DNA from: Hormiphora californensis
Lineage: Eukaryota; Animalia; Ctenophora
DNA: 64,000 nt
Reading direction: 5' to 3'
Assembly (NCBI GenBank): GCA_020137815.1
Contig: CM035351.1
Span: 8,990,001-9,054,000 of the forward strand
Shown piece after piece: positions 52,697-64,000 of the stretch (position 1 is its first letter; every line of letters starts with the position of its first letter). The notes under the pieces were generated by a model. The model made no database searches and was not told the origin of the DNA. It saw nothing but the letters and a program-made list of their open reading frames with translations. Position numbers and translations under genes: made by a program.

Positions 52697-55568
52697 ACTG
52701 CCGATCGATGAATAACAAGCTCATTGACATCTTTGAAACGTTCCATGACCTTGGTCTTGATGTGCTTGCCTTAACAGAGACCTGGCTGGAAGATGGCGAC
52801 ATGGTTACTCCTGGAGTAATGAAAGAGCTTGGGTTCAACCTCTATAGTTCTGCAAGAGGAAAACGAGGAGGAGGGGTTGCTATTCTTGCAAAGAAAAGCA
52901 TAAATATCCGTACTGTGAAACTAGATACAAAGCCACAAACCTTTGAATGCATACAGGCTACCGTTGAAGGAGGAAACCTCCAAAGGACAAGACTAGTGGT
53001 TGTATATCGGCCACCTTCTACCTCAAAAAAGGACTTCTTGATTGAGTTTGAGGAATACATTTCGACTCTGAATGGACTAAGTGGTCATCCCTTGATTCTT
53101 GGAGATTTCAACATCCACACTGAGGATGAAAACGATCCAACGTCTAAAGCCTTTAACGAGATACTTCTTGATGAAAGATGGATACAACACGTGGAAGACC
53201 CTACGCACGTCGCTGGAGGGACACTTGACCTTGTCATCAGCAGAGACGATGAGGCGAGCCCCCCAATCAGTGCTATGGAGGTCGCGAGATCGGCAGTTTC
53301 TGATCATTATGCAGTAACCTTCCATCTCCATGTGGGTAGACCTGACACCGAGAAAAGAAAAGTGGTAACGAGCAGAAAAATGAAAAACGTAACCCTGGAG
53401 GCCCTTTCTTCTAAAATAGCAGATTCCTCGCTAGTCTGCCCGCTGAGACCTACTGAACTAGAAGACTGCTTATGGCTGTATTATGATACTCTGACGAATA
53501 TCCTCGATGAATTAGCCCCAGTTGAGGAGATGACTGTTAAAGAATCAGAAAATCCACCCTGGTACACTAAAGAGTGTGTTGATGCCAAACGAACTCGCAG
53601 AAAATACGAGAGAGCGTTCAAAACTGCCCTTAAGAAAGCTAAGAAGAAATCGGACTACAGAGATGCGTGGATAGCCCTGAAAAACTTCACCGATGAAACT
53701 TCTAGGTTTATTACGAAAACCAGAGTATCCTACTACCGTGAAAAACTGAAACTGGTTGCTGATGATCCAGCAGCAGGTAAGCGGTATCATAAACAAGCTT
53801 CTTGGTAAAGACAAGATCCCTCAGGAACTACCAAGTGGATGGTCGGATGAAGAAGCAGCGAACAAATTTAGTGCTTACTTTAAATCAAAGATCGAAAACA
53901 TCTATGAGATGATTAAAGTCGAGAAAGCACTTAATGGATGTGTTCCTGACCTTTCCGAGGAAACCTACCTTTAAAGGAAATTCCTTCTCCTCTTTCAAGA
54001 AAGTGAGTGATGAGGATCTCACTGCCATTATTACGTCGATGAGCAAGAAGCACTGTGATCTTGATCCGATCCCTACTCGAACTCTGGTTGGACTATTACC
54101 GCAACTATTACCTATTATATCTGACATTGTCAATGGAAGCCTTCAAGAGGGAAGATTCCCTGAAATGCTGAAACAATCCCTGGTTAGGCCATCTTTCAAG
54201 AAAAAGGACAGCCCCGAGGATATGAAGAATTACCGTCCTGTTTCTAATTTATCCTTCATCTCGAAGATCATCGAGAAATGTGCGGCGGCCCAATTAACTG
54301 AGCATCTGGAGGAGAATAATTTGTTTCCAGGAGTGCAATCAGCTTACAGAGCACATCACAGCACTGAGACCACTCTTGTGAAGGTGGTCAACGATCTCCT
54401 ACTCATCACTGACGAGAAATCAAAGGCAATCTTAGTACTTTTAGACTTGAGCGCTGCTTTCGATACCATCAATCACAAGATACTACTGGGGAAGCTGAAA
54501 AGGAACTATGGTGTGACAGGGACTGCTCTCTCCTGGTTTGAGTCCTACCTGACGGACAGAAAGGCCTCGGTGAAAGTTGGAAACTCGACCTCATCGCCAG
54601 TGGCTATAACCATCGGAGTTCCTCAAGGATCCATCTTAGGGCCCCTGTTGTTCGTTCTCTATACCAAAGAACTTGAGAGTATCGCTAAGCACTATGGTTT
54701 ACTAGTAGAGCTGTATGCTGACGATACGCAGCTCTATGTTTCATTTACCAACAACAAACTGGCTGACTTGGAAAAGACACTTCAGGAATGTCTCAACCAT
54801 ATCAAGGTGTGGATGGCAGACAACTTTCTTCGACTAAATCCTTCGAAAACTGAATTCATCGTTCTTAGAAACAAACACGACAAAGAAGCGAATCCAGAAG
54901 CTATAAAAGCACTAGACGACCAAGATCCATCTGTTCCAGCCCCACTGGTGCGAAACCTTGGTGTTTTCCTTGATTCGGAGCTTTCACTAACTGGAAACGT
55001 TTCAAAAACGGTAAGAGCATGCAATCTGTGTCTCCTGAATCTTTGGAAGATAGGGAATACACTAACTATCGACCTCAAAGTGAAGCTAGTCAACACCCTT
55101 GTACATAGTAGGCTTGATTACTGCAATAGTCTACTTGCTGGAGCATCTGCTAAAGACCTCGGGAGGTTACAAAAGGTTCAAAACGCTGCCACAAGATTCA
55201 TCACAGGACGCCGATCTCTTCATAGCACATCAGACATTCGAAGACAGCTTCATTTTCTACCGGTTAAGGAAAGAATTAACTACAAGCTATGCTTATTGAC
55301 CTACAAGGCCCTAAACGGTCTAGCACCGACGTATCTTTCTGAACTGGTACAACGTCGGAAGCACAAGCTGAAGAATCTCCGGCGTGATATGGACATAACA
55401 TATCTTGAAAGGAAATACACCCGTTATTGCTCGAGCAAAGGAGCCTTTAGTGTCGCTGCACCAGCAGTGTGGAACGACCTGCCGAAACTGCTACGTGAAA
55501 ATACATCTGTCCTATCCTTTAAAGCCAACCTAAAGACTCACTTCTTCAAAAAAGCCTACAAATGTTGA
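52655..55568 (+). CDS. LINE b ORF2: APE plus RT (two frameshifts near 53770 and 53960)
   Basis: GNLNCRS, LTETW, GGGVA, YRPP, GDFN, SDH; NYRPVSNL, LDLSAAFDT, GVPQGSILGP, LYADD; ends LKTHFFKKAYKC*. Confidence 0.9.
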
Positions 55569-56800
55569 AGGACCCATTTCCGGTATTAAACATGGACATT
55601 GTGACAGAGTGATGTGTATGAGTATATGTAACGTGTGTAGCGTGAACTAAGTGAAGCTGGAATGGTCAGTATTTACTTTTTCCTCTCTTTCCTCTATCCT
55701 CTAAACTGACCCTTACTGCTAATGATTGGTTTGTTTATTTCGTAACATTTGATATCAAAAGGGAAAAAAAAAAAAAAAAAAAAAAAAAAGGACAACAACA
55801 AAAAAGCGAGAAAAACGTGTGAATATAAAAACATCCCAAAAAAAAAGGAAAAAAAAAAGTTGTTCTAAAAAAGAAAAGAAAAAGAGAGCTTGCGAGAAAA
55901 TAGAATGATATGTGAGGACTTGTAAGTGTAAAGCAGTCGGCAAGTGGCTTCTACTACTCCAAATTGGTCAGCTGAATTACTGGAAATTGGAAATGCTACA
56001 TGATACATCTTCTTTGAGTATTCTATGTGCAACTAAGCACACAGGTTTCAGTATAGGTATCCTAGTATCAGTATCCCCGATAGGGGCGGTCTTCAATTTG
56101 CTTCTTTTGGATCTTTTAGATCCTTGAATATCTTGTACACTACTGCATGTTTCTGCAGTGATAGGATCTCCTAAATTATTTTCTCAACCTTCCAAATATA
56201 TTAACAAAACATCTTTCAGAACATAAGAAAAAAATCATAATCTTGTAGTAAAACTAGCCGCTTTTGGAGCGAGGGCTGTTGGGGATGAAAGAGGATGGAA
56301 TGATGAATTTTTCTTCTTCCAACGGCAGAACTTGTGCTGAACCGTAAAACGGACAGTTAAAGAGCGGACTATAAATGTTTATTTTGTATTGTATTGTATT
56401 GTATCTTCTCCCAATCACTGGCGAAACGTTCCGGCTAAAGTCAGCGAACACTGCAAACGATGCTCGCCTTGATGTTGCTGCCAGGGACTTTTGGCTTCCT
56501 ATGGACAAAATTTACACGGATGTTCGTATCTTTAATCCATTGGCACCCACCAACAGTGCCATCCCGCTCGACACAGCTCTGAAACGGCACGAGGACGAGA
56601 AAAAACGGTGCTATAAAGAACGGGTCCTTGAGGTCGAGCAGAGCTGTTTTTGCCCTCTTGTGTTTTCAATAACTGGTGCCCTGGGCAACGAGGCAGAAAA
56701 ATTCTACAGGCGCCTAGCAAAGCTGCTTGCTGACAAAACCAAACAGGCTTATCCTGATACCATCCGTTATATCAGGCAGCGGTTGGCCTTCACCCTGCTC

Positions 56801-57903
56801 GGGGGGGTTCCAACCTATTTCGTGTACGTTTGTACGGGAAAAAACACGGGTTTCCTCAAACAAAAAAATACAAAAAAATACAAAAAAATACAAAAAAATA
56901 AAAACAGTTTTATATGGTAATTTACCATTATTGTTCGAACTTTTACTGTTTTAAAACATTCTTCCACGCTATTTCACGCAATTTAGCACAAAATATATAC
57001 ATATTTTACATATGTAGCATGCCAAAATCGCGAGAGAAATTTCCCCGAATCGCAATTTCTTACCGAGAAAATTTTCTCGAATCGTATTTTCTAAGCGAGA
57101 AATTTCCCCGAATCGCAATTTCTTACCGAGAAAATTTTCTCGAATCGTATTTTCTAAGCGAGAAATTTCCCCGAATCGCAATTTCTTACCAAGAAAATTT
57201 TCCCGAATCGTATTTTCTAAGCGAGAAATTTCCCCGAATCGCAATTTCTTACCGAGAAAATTTTCTCGAATCGTATTTTCTAAGCGAGAAATTTCCCCGA
57301 ATCGCAATTTCTTACCGAGAAAATTTTCCCGAATCGTATTTTCTAAGCGAGAAATTTCCCCGAATCGCAATTTCTTACCGAGAAAATTTTCTCGAATCGT
57401 ATTTTCTAAGCGAGAAATTTCCTCGAATCGCAATTTCTTACCGAGAAAATTTTCTCGAATCGTATTTTCTAAGCGAGAAATTTCTCCAAATCGCAATTTC
57501 TTACCGAGAAAATTTTCTCGAATCGTATTTTCTAAGCGAGAAATTTCTCCAAATCGCAATTTCTTACCGAGAAAATTTTCTCGAATCGTATTTTCTAAGC
57601 GAGAAATTTTCCCGAATCGCAATTTCTTACCGAGAAAATTTTCTCGAATCGTATTTTCTAAGCGAGAAATTTCCCCGAATCGCAATTTCTTACCGTTTAT
57701 GTATAGCTGGGTTTATGTTCATGTATCTATGTATTATTTATACTTTTTTCACGCACCCACATCCTTCATTATTTTTTTGTATTTTTTTGTACTTTTTTGT
57801 ATTGTTTGTATGAAAAAAAACAGGAATTTTGGATACTTTTATGTATGGTCCGTACGAAAAAATACAAAAAAATACAAAAAAATAGGTTGGAACCCCCCCC
57901 CCC
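56801..57903. mobile_element. Non-autonomous DNA transposon (GG termini, 8-bp TSD) carrying a minisatellite
   Basis: TIR GGGGGGGTTCCAACCTATTT / AAATAGGTTGGAACCCCCCC; TSD CCCTGCTC; subterminal AAAAAATAC repeats. Confidence 0.85.
57033..57693. repeat. 63-bp tandem array (~10.5 copies; 31+32-bp dimeric unit)
   Basis: GCGAGAAATTTCCCCGAATCGCAATTTCTTA + CCGAGAAAATTTTCTCGAATCGTATTTTCTAA. Confidence 0.95.
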
Positions 57904-58523
57904 CCCTGCTCAGAACAACTGTGATCAGTTTAAGGGGCCATAGAGGCAATAAGTTTACCAAAACAATACAATACAAGATCAAGAGTGAAAAACAAGATAT
58001 TAACTTATTATATAATTCTTTTAATTCTACCCGATTTAATCAATTTTAATCAATGCAGTAATTTATTAATCTTCTCCCCCATGGGAGACCGGTATTTTTA
58101 TATTGATATTGTTATCTAATCCCATTTTAACCCCCTTTTAGAAAAAAGTCTGATTTTCTCCCAGCCCTTGTTGACTCAACAAGGGCTGGGAGAAAACCAG
58201 ACTGTTTTTATAAATAAAAACAATGTTGAGTAACAACGTCGCAGTCCGGTTGAATGCTAAAGGCCTTCACCCGGATGCATATTCGCTTTGCAAAAAGTAT
58301 GGCAGTGTTAGAATTCTAATGCAAAAACGCATTGCGAAAAACAAGTTACATCGGGACGAAGTCTAGTATTCCTGACGTGATGGTTTGGGACGCAATCGCT
58401 TGAGCCGTCTTACACTTACAGATGTCTCATCAGCACAGCACATTGAGGCGAAAGGTCATTTGGTAGTGGCGGGTACCCTCTGACTGGAGGACGATCGTGA
58501 AATCCTGTCAAGTAATATTGTAG

Positions 58524-59400
58524 ATGATAGTCATAGCATGTGGAGAAAGAAAGAGCACTGTGATCAATTTGTCTCTAATCAACATCTTGCCATCAGTACA
58601 GTTTGCGAGAGAAGAACCCTCCCCGGAAGAGCAGACTGGATCTACTGAGCTGAGTTTCCTCGATATTCTAGTCCGCACAGTTTTATTGCACACGACCAAC
58701 CTTTATGGACTCGAGTGGGAGCTCTTCCAAAAAGCTACTCACAGCGGGAGATACCTTCACTACCACTCACACTCCGTCCTGCGAGCAGACTATCAACTTC
58801 AAGCTCAACATTGTGAGAACGGAATCCAGACGTGTTCTCAACCGATGCTCGACTACAGAACTAGCATACCCCCACCTAATCTGGCAGATTCCGGATACCC
58901 TTGGGCAACCATCAGCAACATCATCGCTACTGAGCTCAACAAAGTCCCTACACCTCGACGTCCCAACCACACTAAGGAAGTAGATTTCCTTCTAAAAGTC
59001 CCCTTCACCAACGAGACTGCACTAAGAAGGATAAGGAATGTCGTAAAGAAATGCTCACTACCCATCAGAATCACCACAACCTCGGGCAGCAAAGAGTCCC
59101 TTGTTAAACGACTAGATCTCATAAAAACCCTTCCAGGGAATTTGCTTGTGTAATTCACCGTCACGAAGTCCCATGTGATTGGCCAGTGGCCAGTGGCCAC
59201 ACGTGGTATACAGAGCTGAGCAACAACAAGAACGGTGCGACGTCCCATCCTCTGAAAGAGACTTGGAGAGGCATCAGTGAGAATGGGAACAGATGTTTCA
59301 GTTCTTGGAAAGCATTGCCGCTCTAACCACCCGGAACTAACAACGGGAATATCTGACACAAGGGACTGGGACTCCTTCTTCGACTTGGCCCGGAGCTTAC
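58524..59400 (+). mobile_element. Degenerate Penelope-like element fragment (RT thumb, linker, GIY-YIG remnant)
   Basis: LSFLDILV...FQKATHSGRYLHYHSH, GYP...I, LKVPF; HVVYRA...ETWRGISE; multiple frameshifts. Confidence 0.7.
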
Positions 59401-59868
59401 TAGGTGATATGAAACTATGCGACTTTTCGCGGGACTGATAGAAGCTTTCCTAATATAATAATAGAAGCTAACTTTTAGGTACTGCTGAGCCGTGAAACGG
59501 ACATCTACAGTATTTATGCGACTGCAGAAATCTAGACAAAAACTGAAATTTAAAACGGGCGCTCTATACAGTATACTCACTACTCAGTATACTCTACTTT
59601 ATTTTGGCTGTCAGAGCATTAGCCTGACAGTATTTTGGTGACTTGTTCCAACTTGTAAATTTTCTTCATAAACGATTATATAGCGGAGGCCAGTCGCGTC
59701 CCCTCGCCTTGGACCTTAAATGAAATTTGTGTTTAAATATTTAGAATAATGTAACGCACATAGATGTTACCTGAGCCACGCATTTCGACATAAGATAAGA
59801 ACTCTCGTGACCAACCATCAGCTTTCAGAAATCACACACGTACTTTGCTTTCGTACTTTACCAATATC

Positions 59869-61327
59869 ATGCCCCTCTACCAGCTAGTAACTGCAGCCAG
59901 GTCGGACCCAGACCGGGACTGGTTCAAGTCCAAATATATCGCCCTGCTGCAATGTACCCTGACAGTGGTGACTACAGTGGTGTGCTGGGCTGTAGCCCTG
60001 TACAATGGCCATGTGAAGGTGTGGCCCATCCCCATGATATCCCACTGTGGCGTGTACCCCCCTGAAAAGTACATCTTCTCCATTGGACTCGTCTGTGCGG
60101 CTGCTCTCATGTTCATGTTCATTTGGATTGTTGGTGAGTATTATAGTACTGGTTTGGAATTATTGGGAAGTATAATTGGGTACCAGAGATCTGACCTCAT
60201 ATTATTTCAGAGACTGCTGGAAAGATATACAGCTCTCGAACAACTGCATGGGTGCTTGGGTTCCCCTGTTCCATTGGACTAATGGTGCTGGCGGTGTGCA
60301 ACTGTGAGGAAGAGCCCACCCTTCATTATATTGGGGCTATTAGCTACTTTGTAGGGTTCGCTATTTGGTGTCTACTTTGCAGCTTCAAGGAGTTATCAGT
60401 AAGTGACTGCTGTTACATGTTTCAATGTTTGTATCACAATAACAAATGAATACTTGAATGCTTGCGTAGATCTCATTATAAACAGGGGGTTTTAAAACAC
60501 TGGCTATTTCCTGCTAGTTATCACTTAACTTATCTTGCAGCTTGAAGAAGAGGAGAAAGATGTGTGGGTGTTTGTTAGAAAGGCACTTGCTGTCTTCATC
60601 TCCATCTTTACCTTTATAATGCTCGCACTGTTCCTTGTCTTCAAGCAGAAGGTATAGATCTTTCATTCTCTACCTTCTCTACCTCTTCCAGTCTGTCCCG
60701 TATCTCCATTATGTATACATACCTTCTACTTTCTCTCCCTTTCTCTCTCTCCCCCAGTGGCAAGAGGGCTGGATCCCCCTGTGTGAGTGGGGAGCTGTTA
60801 TCTGCTCTGAACTCTTCGTTGGCACATTCTTCTTTGATCTTGGTGACGAGTACTTTATAGAACAGGTCAAGGTACCAACTCACAAGTATAACTATGAAGA
60901 CGAAGAAGATGATCTCTATTGTGTGGAGTAAGTGGTGTGTTCGTTGATTTCAATGTTCTTAATTCGTTCTAAATGTAACGATTAAAGCACTGGCTTGGTT
61001 GCTGCTAGTCTAACAATACCCTAAATCCCACAGGTAAGTGATGTAAAGTCGACAGTGTGGATCGTGGCTCGACAGGTGCTCTCCCTCGCAGCCCTCTGGT
61101 TCACTATCGGCCTGGGAATCTTCATGGGTCTCGGATACGATGAACATCCCTCTGAAGTTGCAATATGCGAGTGGTCGGCAGTGCTGTGTGCTGAACTCTA
61201 CATATTAACCTTCTACTTTGATCTAGGCGACACATATTTCGTTGAAAATGTCCAGGAAGTCGATAACTGTAATCAACTGAATTTTGATGATGAATGTGAG
61301 GGAAAGTGTCACCTTCTCTCCGTTTAG
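59869..61327 (+). CDS. DRAM/TMEM150/Frag1-family multipass membrane protein. Exons 59869-60133 and 60211-60398, then either 60541-60651 + 60758-60931 or 61034-61327
   Basis: GHV..WPIPMISHCGVYPPEKYIFS; LHYIGA; TM6 CEW motif in both terminal modules; GT-AG junctions in phase. Confidence 0.85.
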
Positions 61328-61848
61328 AATGTACTGCAGGGAACATTTTGATTGTCTTTTAAGAAGTTGTGACTTGTGTGGCCGGTGTGTAATTTTTCTG
61401 ATAATTAGTTCATGTTGCAAAAATAAATAATCCTGAGTTAATTAATTCGTAAAACCTATCAACTGGAAACACAAATGTCCTAATGGGTTTTCCCATCATT
61501 GCCGGCAGTGGCGAGTACATCTGGCTATTACTGTTCTTTGAAAATCATAGTCTCATCTTGCGCTGAAACTATGCTAATAACCTCCCACAATCGTAGTAAA
61601 ATGAGATATTCTACATATATTCGTCAAAGTATCTTTGTTTTGGCAATATTACTCCTGAATATGGTTACAGTTCGCTTCAGTAGACTGTTCAATACTTAGT
61701 GCAAGAACCAAGTTTAAAATGTCCCTAGACACGGCCTCCTTTTCAACTGGTGGTGGTTCCAAAACAACTTGAGATTTTCTCTTTACCTCTAGCAGGGTGT
61801 CTCCTGTTCTCCCGACTCTACAGGATTATCTGCCGCTCTGTAGACTAG

Positions 61849-62789
61849 TCATTGTTTCTGTCGGAGCATCTCCAGCTTCATTATACTCTCCTTGATGGTC
61901 TCGTATTGGAAGCTGTAGATAGTTGGGCAGGAGAGGACTGGCAGAAAGGACATGAACAGGGATACCCACCTGGAGAGGGAGGGTGTGTTACTGTGTTAGT
62001 TTTGAGAGGGAGGGTGTGTTAGTTTTGTTGTCTGTTAGAATTAGATCGGACATGGAATAAGTGTTAGTTCTGGCACTAAGGAGCTGTTACCCACCGTATA
62101 GTTGCGTTGGATTCTGGTGCTGTGGTTGATCCTGGCTTTACCATCTCCTGCAGCTGCAGAACAATCTGAGAGAAAGAGAGAGATGGAGATTGGAGAGAGA
62201 GAATAATCAAGCATTTCAACATAATGATGTTAGTATCTTTAAGAGCTGTATTTTCACTATCAGAATCCAGTACAATAGCTGAGTCTGACTCTTGACAACA
62301 TGCTCTCAACAAGTCAGTTAAAACACACTGTCATACCAGGGGAGCGTATCCGAGGATGAAAGTGAGAACAAGAGCGTAAATCACAACTTCTGTCTGTTTG
62401 TCGGACCGTGCTGACAAGCTGTATTCTGTGTAGCTGGAACTTCCCCTACGTTGTATGTTGTTCTCAGCCGACTCAATGGGTGGTAGTTGATCTGAAAAGA
62501 GTTAATGTTTAGACTTGAAAACAGTTAACCAGTTCATGGCATTGGTAATACATACCAGTAAGCTTATCATATGACCACGGAATTACCGGGCCGGTAATAC
62601 ATACAACTCTGAGAGCGATAACTTTACTATTCAGTTTGCCAATGACTTCCCCTGCCAAGTTGCTATACTCTCACTCCCACAATATAAGATATTGAGGCCA
62701 AATATCCGGCTTCTGCAGTAGATTAGAATTTGGAAGTTTGCTTTTAGTAACTACGGCTGACCGTATCTTTTCTCACACTCCTCTCTCTC

Positions 62790-62887
<98 letters not shown>

Positions 62888-62963
62888 CCCTATATTTCTC
62901 TGATCTCTATCTTTCTCAACAACATCAATTATATAAACTCTCTCTCTCTCTCTCTCACACACA

Positions 62964-63040
<77 letters not shown>

Positions 63041-63490
63041 AGTGAGACTCGGACCCTCCCCTGTACTGCACACCTCACTAGCTCTCTCTCCATGGTTTCC
63101 CAGCGTTGTTGTTTGTAGTGCAGTTCCTCAACACCCAGACTATTCACCAGCTGCACTAGTTTTATTGTTTTTCCACATAATGGCCCATCACACAGCAGCT
63201 TGTGCTCAACCGGATTGGAGAATCCAGACACGCTCAGAATGGGAGAGACAATGAGTGAGTGTGTGCAGGAGTAGGGGTTGGAATACAAGAGAGCATCCAT
63301 AGAGAGATGCTGCACAGGCGGCTAGAAGACGCTTTATCTTTCGCATTGCAGGATTATCTAAGATCTTTTCTATGCCGTGATGATTAATAGTTATATTATC
63401 ATTCTGCCTTGGTTGTCCTTTCAAATTTAGCAGTTGTTGAACTTTCATAAAAAGAAAGAAAAAAGCTCGAACGTACAATATATTAGGTTG
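61849..63490 (-). pseudogene. Second class-A GPCR, 3' part; frame disruptions (pseudogene or sequence error)
   Basis: Exons ~62491-62337 (VIYALVLTFILGYAPL, TM6), ~62165-62095 and ~61969-61849 (FMSFLPVLSCPTIYSF, TM7). The upstream TM4-like SLWMLSCIP needs frameshifts; in-frame TGA near 62672. Confidence 0.55.
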
Positions 63491-64000
63491 TCCAGTAAAT
63501 ATTTTCGTTTGGTGTTTATTAGGAAAATGGTTTGAGATAGAGCAAAATGGACTTCACCACAGTTTTTCTCACGTATTTTGGATCGGAATATCATGCCTGA
63601 TATCGGTATATAGTTTTTCTGGGGTGCCAGCAAGCTATATTTTCTCTACCCCACTGTTGTTGCCGCTGCACGGGGTCACCAAAGTTTTTTAAAACGCTTC
63701 CCTAAGAAAACTGGTACAGTCTTTTTAGCTCCAATGGTGCTTAATCGATAGCAAATCGTCCAAGGATAAAATGTATACGCGATTTAGGTCTCTACGCGTT
63801 CGATAGTAACCACTAGAACAGTAAATGTAACATCAAAAATCGAAAAAGCGCAAAAAAATCTGGCCTGTTTTACGGGTGTGTTCGAAACGTCAATAACTCA
63901 CTTTTTAAGTCAACCAATCACATAATTGGGTTCACTACGTCGTAGAACTGACTTAAAACTATCTTTTACTGCAGAGTTTTTGATTATGAGCCAATCCTGG

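Larger units (their letters stand above)
51067..56402 (+). mobile_element. Near full-length L2/CR1-group LINE (LINE b) inserted in the CRE element
   Basis: 5-bp TSD ATCTT (51062-51066 and 56403-56407); terminus AGCGGACTATAAATG plus (TATTG)n; ORF1 and ORF2 below. Confidence 0.88.
50920..58141 (+). mobile_element. Second CRE-clade fragment (zinc knuckle plus REL), split into three pieces: 50920-51066, 56408-56800, 57912-58141
   Basis: Removing the inserts restores CPCGK..EHSL..GGYVQLRHNEIRD...EPHL|LPITGE...ARLDV...TDVRIFNP...EKKRCY...PLVFSITG...FTLL|RTTVISLRG; ~20-bp imperfect TSD AAAA(C)AGTCTGRTTTTCTCC (50899-50919 and 58142-58161). Confidence 0.85.

Noticed and set aside
57033-57693. Regular ~31-bp repeats resembling a CRISPR array; 299-aa and 238-aa ORFs
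   Set aside because: No unique spacers, no cas genes and a eukaryotic context. The ORFs follow from a stop-free 63-bp unit inside a MITE.
58300-59560. Hammerhead ribozyme expected near the Penelope-like fragment
   Set aside because: No CTGANGA...GAAA core with closing stems was found by eye.

Overview
Eukaryotic (animal) genomic DNA with short GT-AG introns, many (CT/AG)n microsatellites and a very dense transposon load. The divergent genes and compact or nested layout suggest a non-bilaterian such as a ctenophore, but this is inference and unverified. Hand-spliced host genes: coronin (-, partial), ADAM17-like metalloprotease (+), RING-H2 E3 ligase (+), a class-A GPCR (+), TBCE (-) with a complete Rab32/38/29-like gene nested antisense in its first intron, an intronless GPI-anchored Ly6/three-finger protein (+), a DRAM/TMEM150-family protein with two alternative C-terminal exon modules (+), and a second, disrupted GPCR (-). 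Mobile DNA: two L2/CR1-group LINEs, two CRE-clade (REL endonuclease) retroelements split by nested insertions, a Penelope-like fragment, a Helitron, a Helentron-type HINE, a tRNA-derived SINE and many MITEs. Best leads: (i) a 4.9 kb apparently non-coding, VNTR-bearing poly(A) retroposon that contains an inverted copy of itself flanked by a 511-bp target duplication; (ii) an A_AAA_AAC slippery site at the ORF1/ORF2 junction of both LINEs, implying -1 frameshifting; (iii) a TA-punctuated stack of palindromic mini-elements; (iv) CRE elements sitting in a shared palindromic target; (v) the nested Rab, whose stop codon abuts the TBCE exon-1 donor. Some frameshifts and garbled A-rich tracts may be long-read errors. 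All coordinates and splice models were read by eye.
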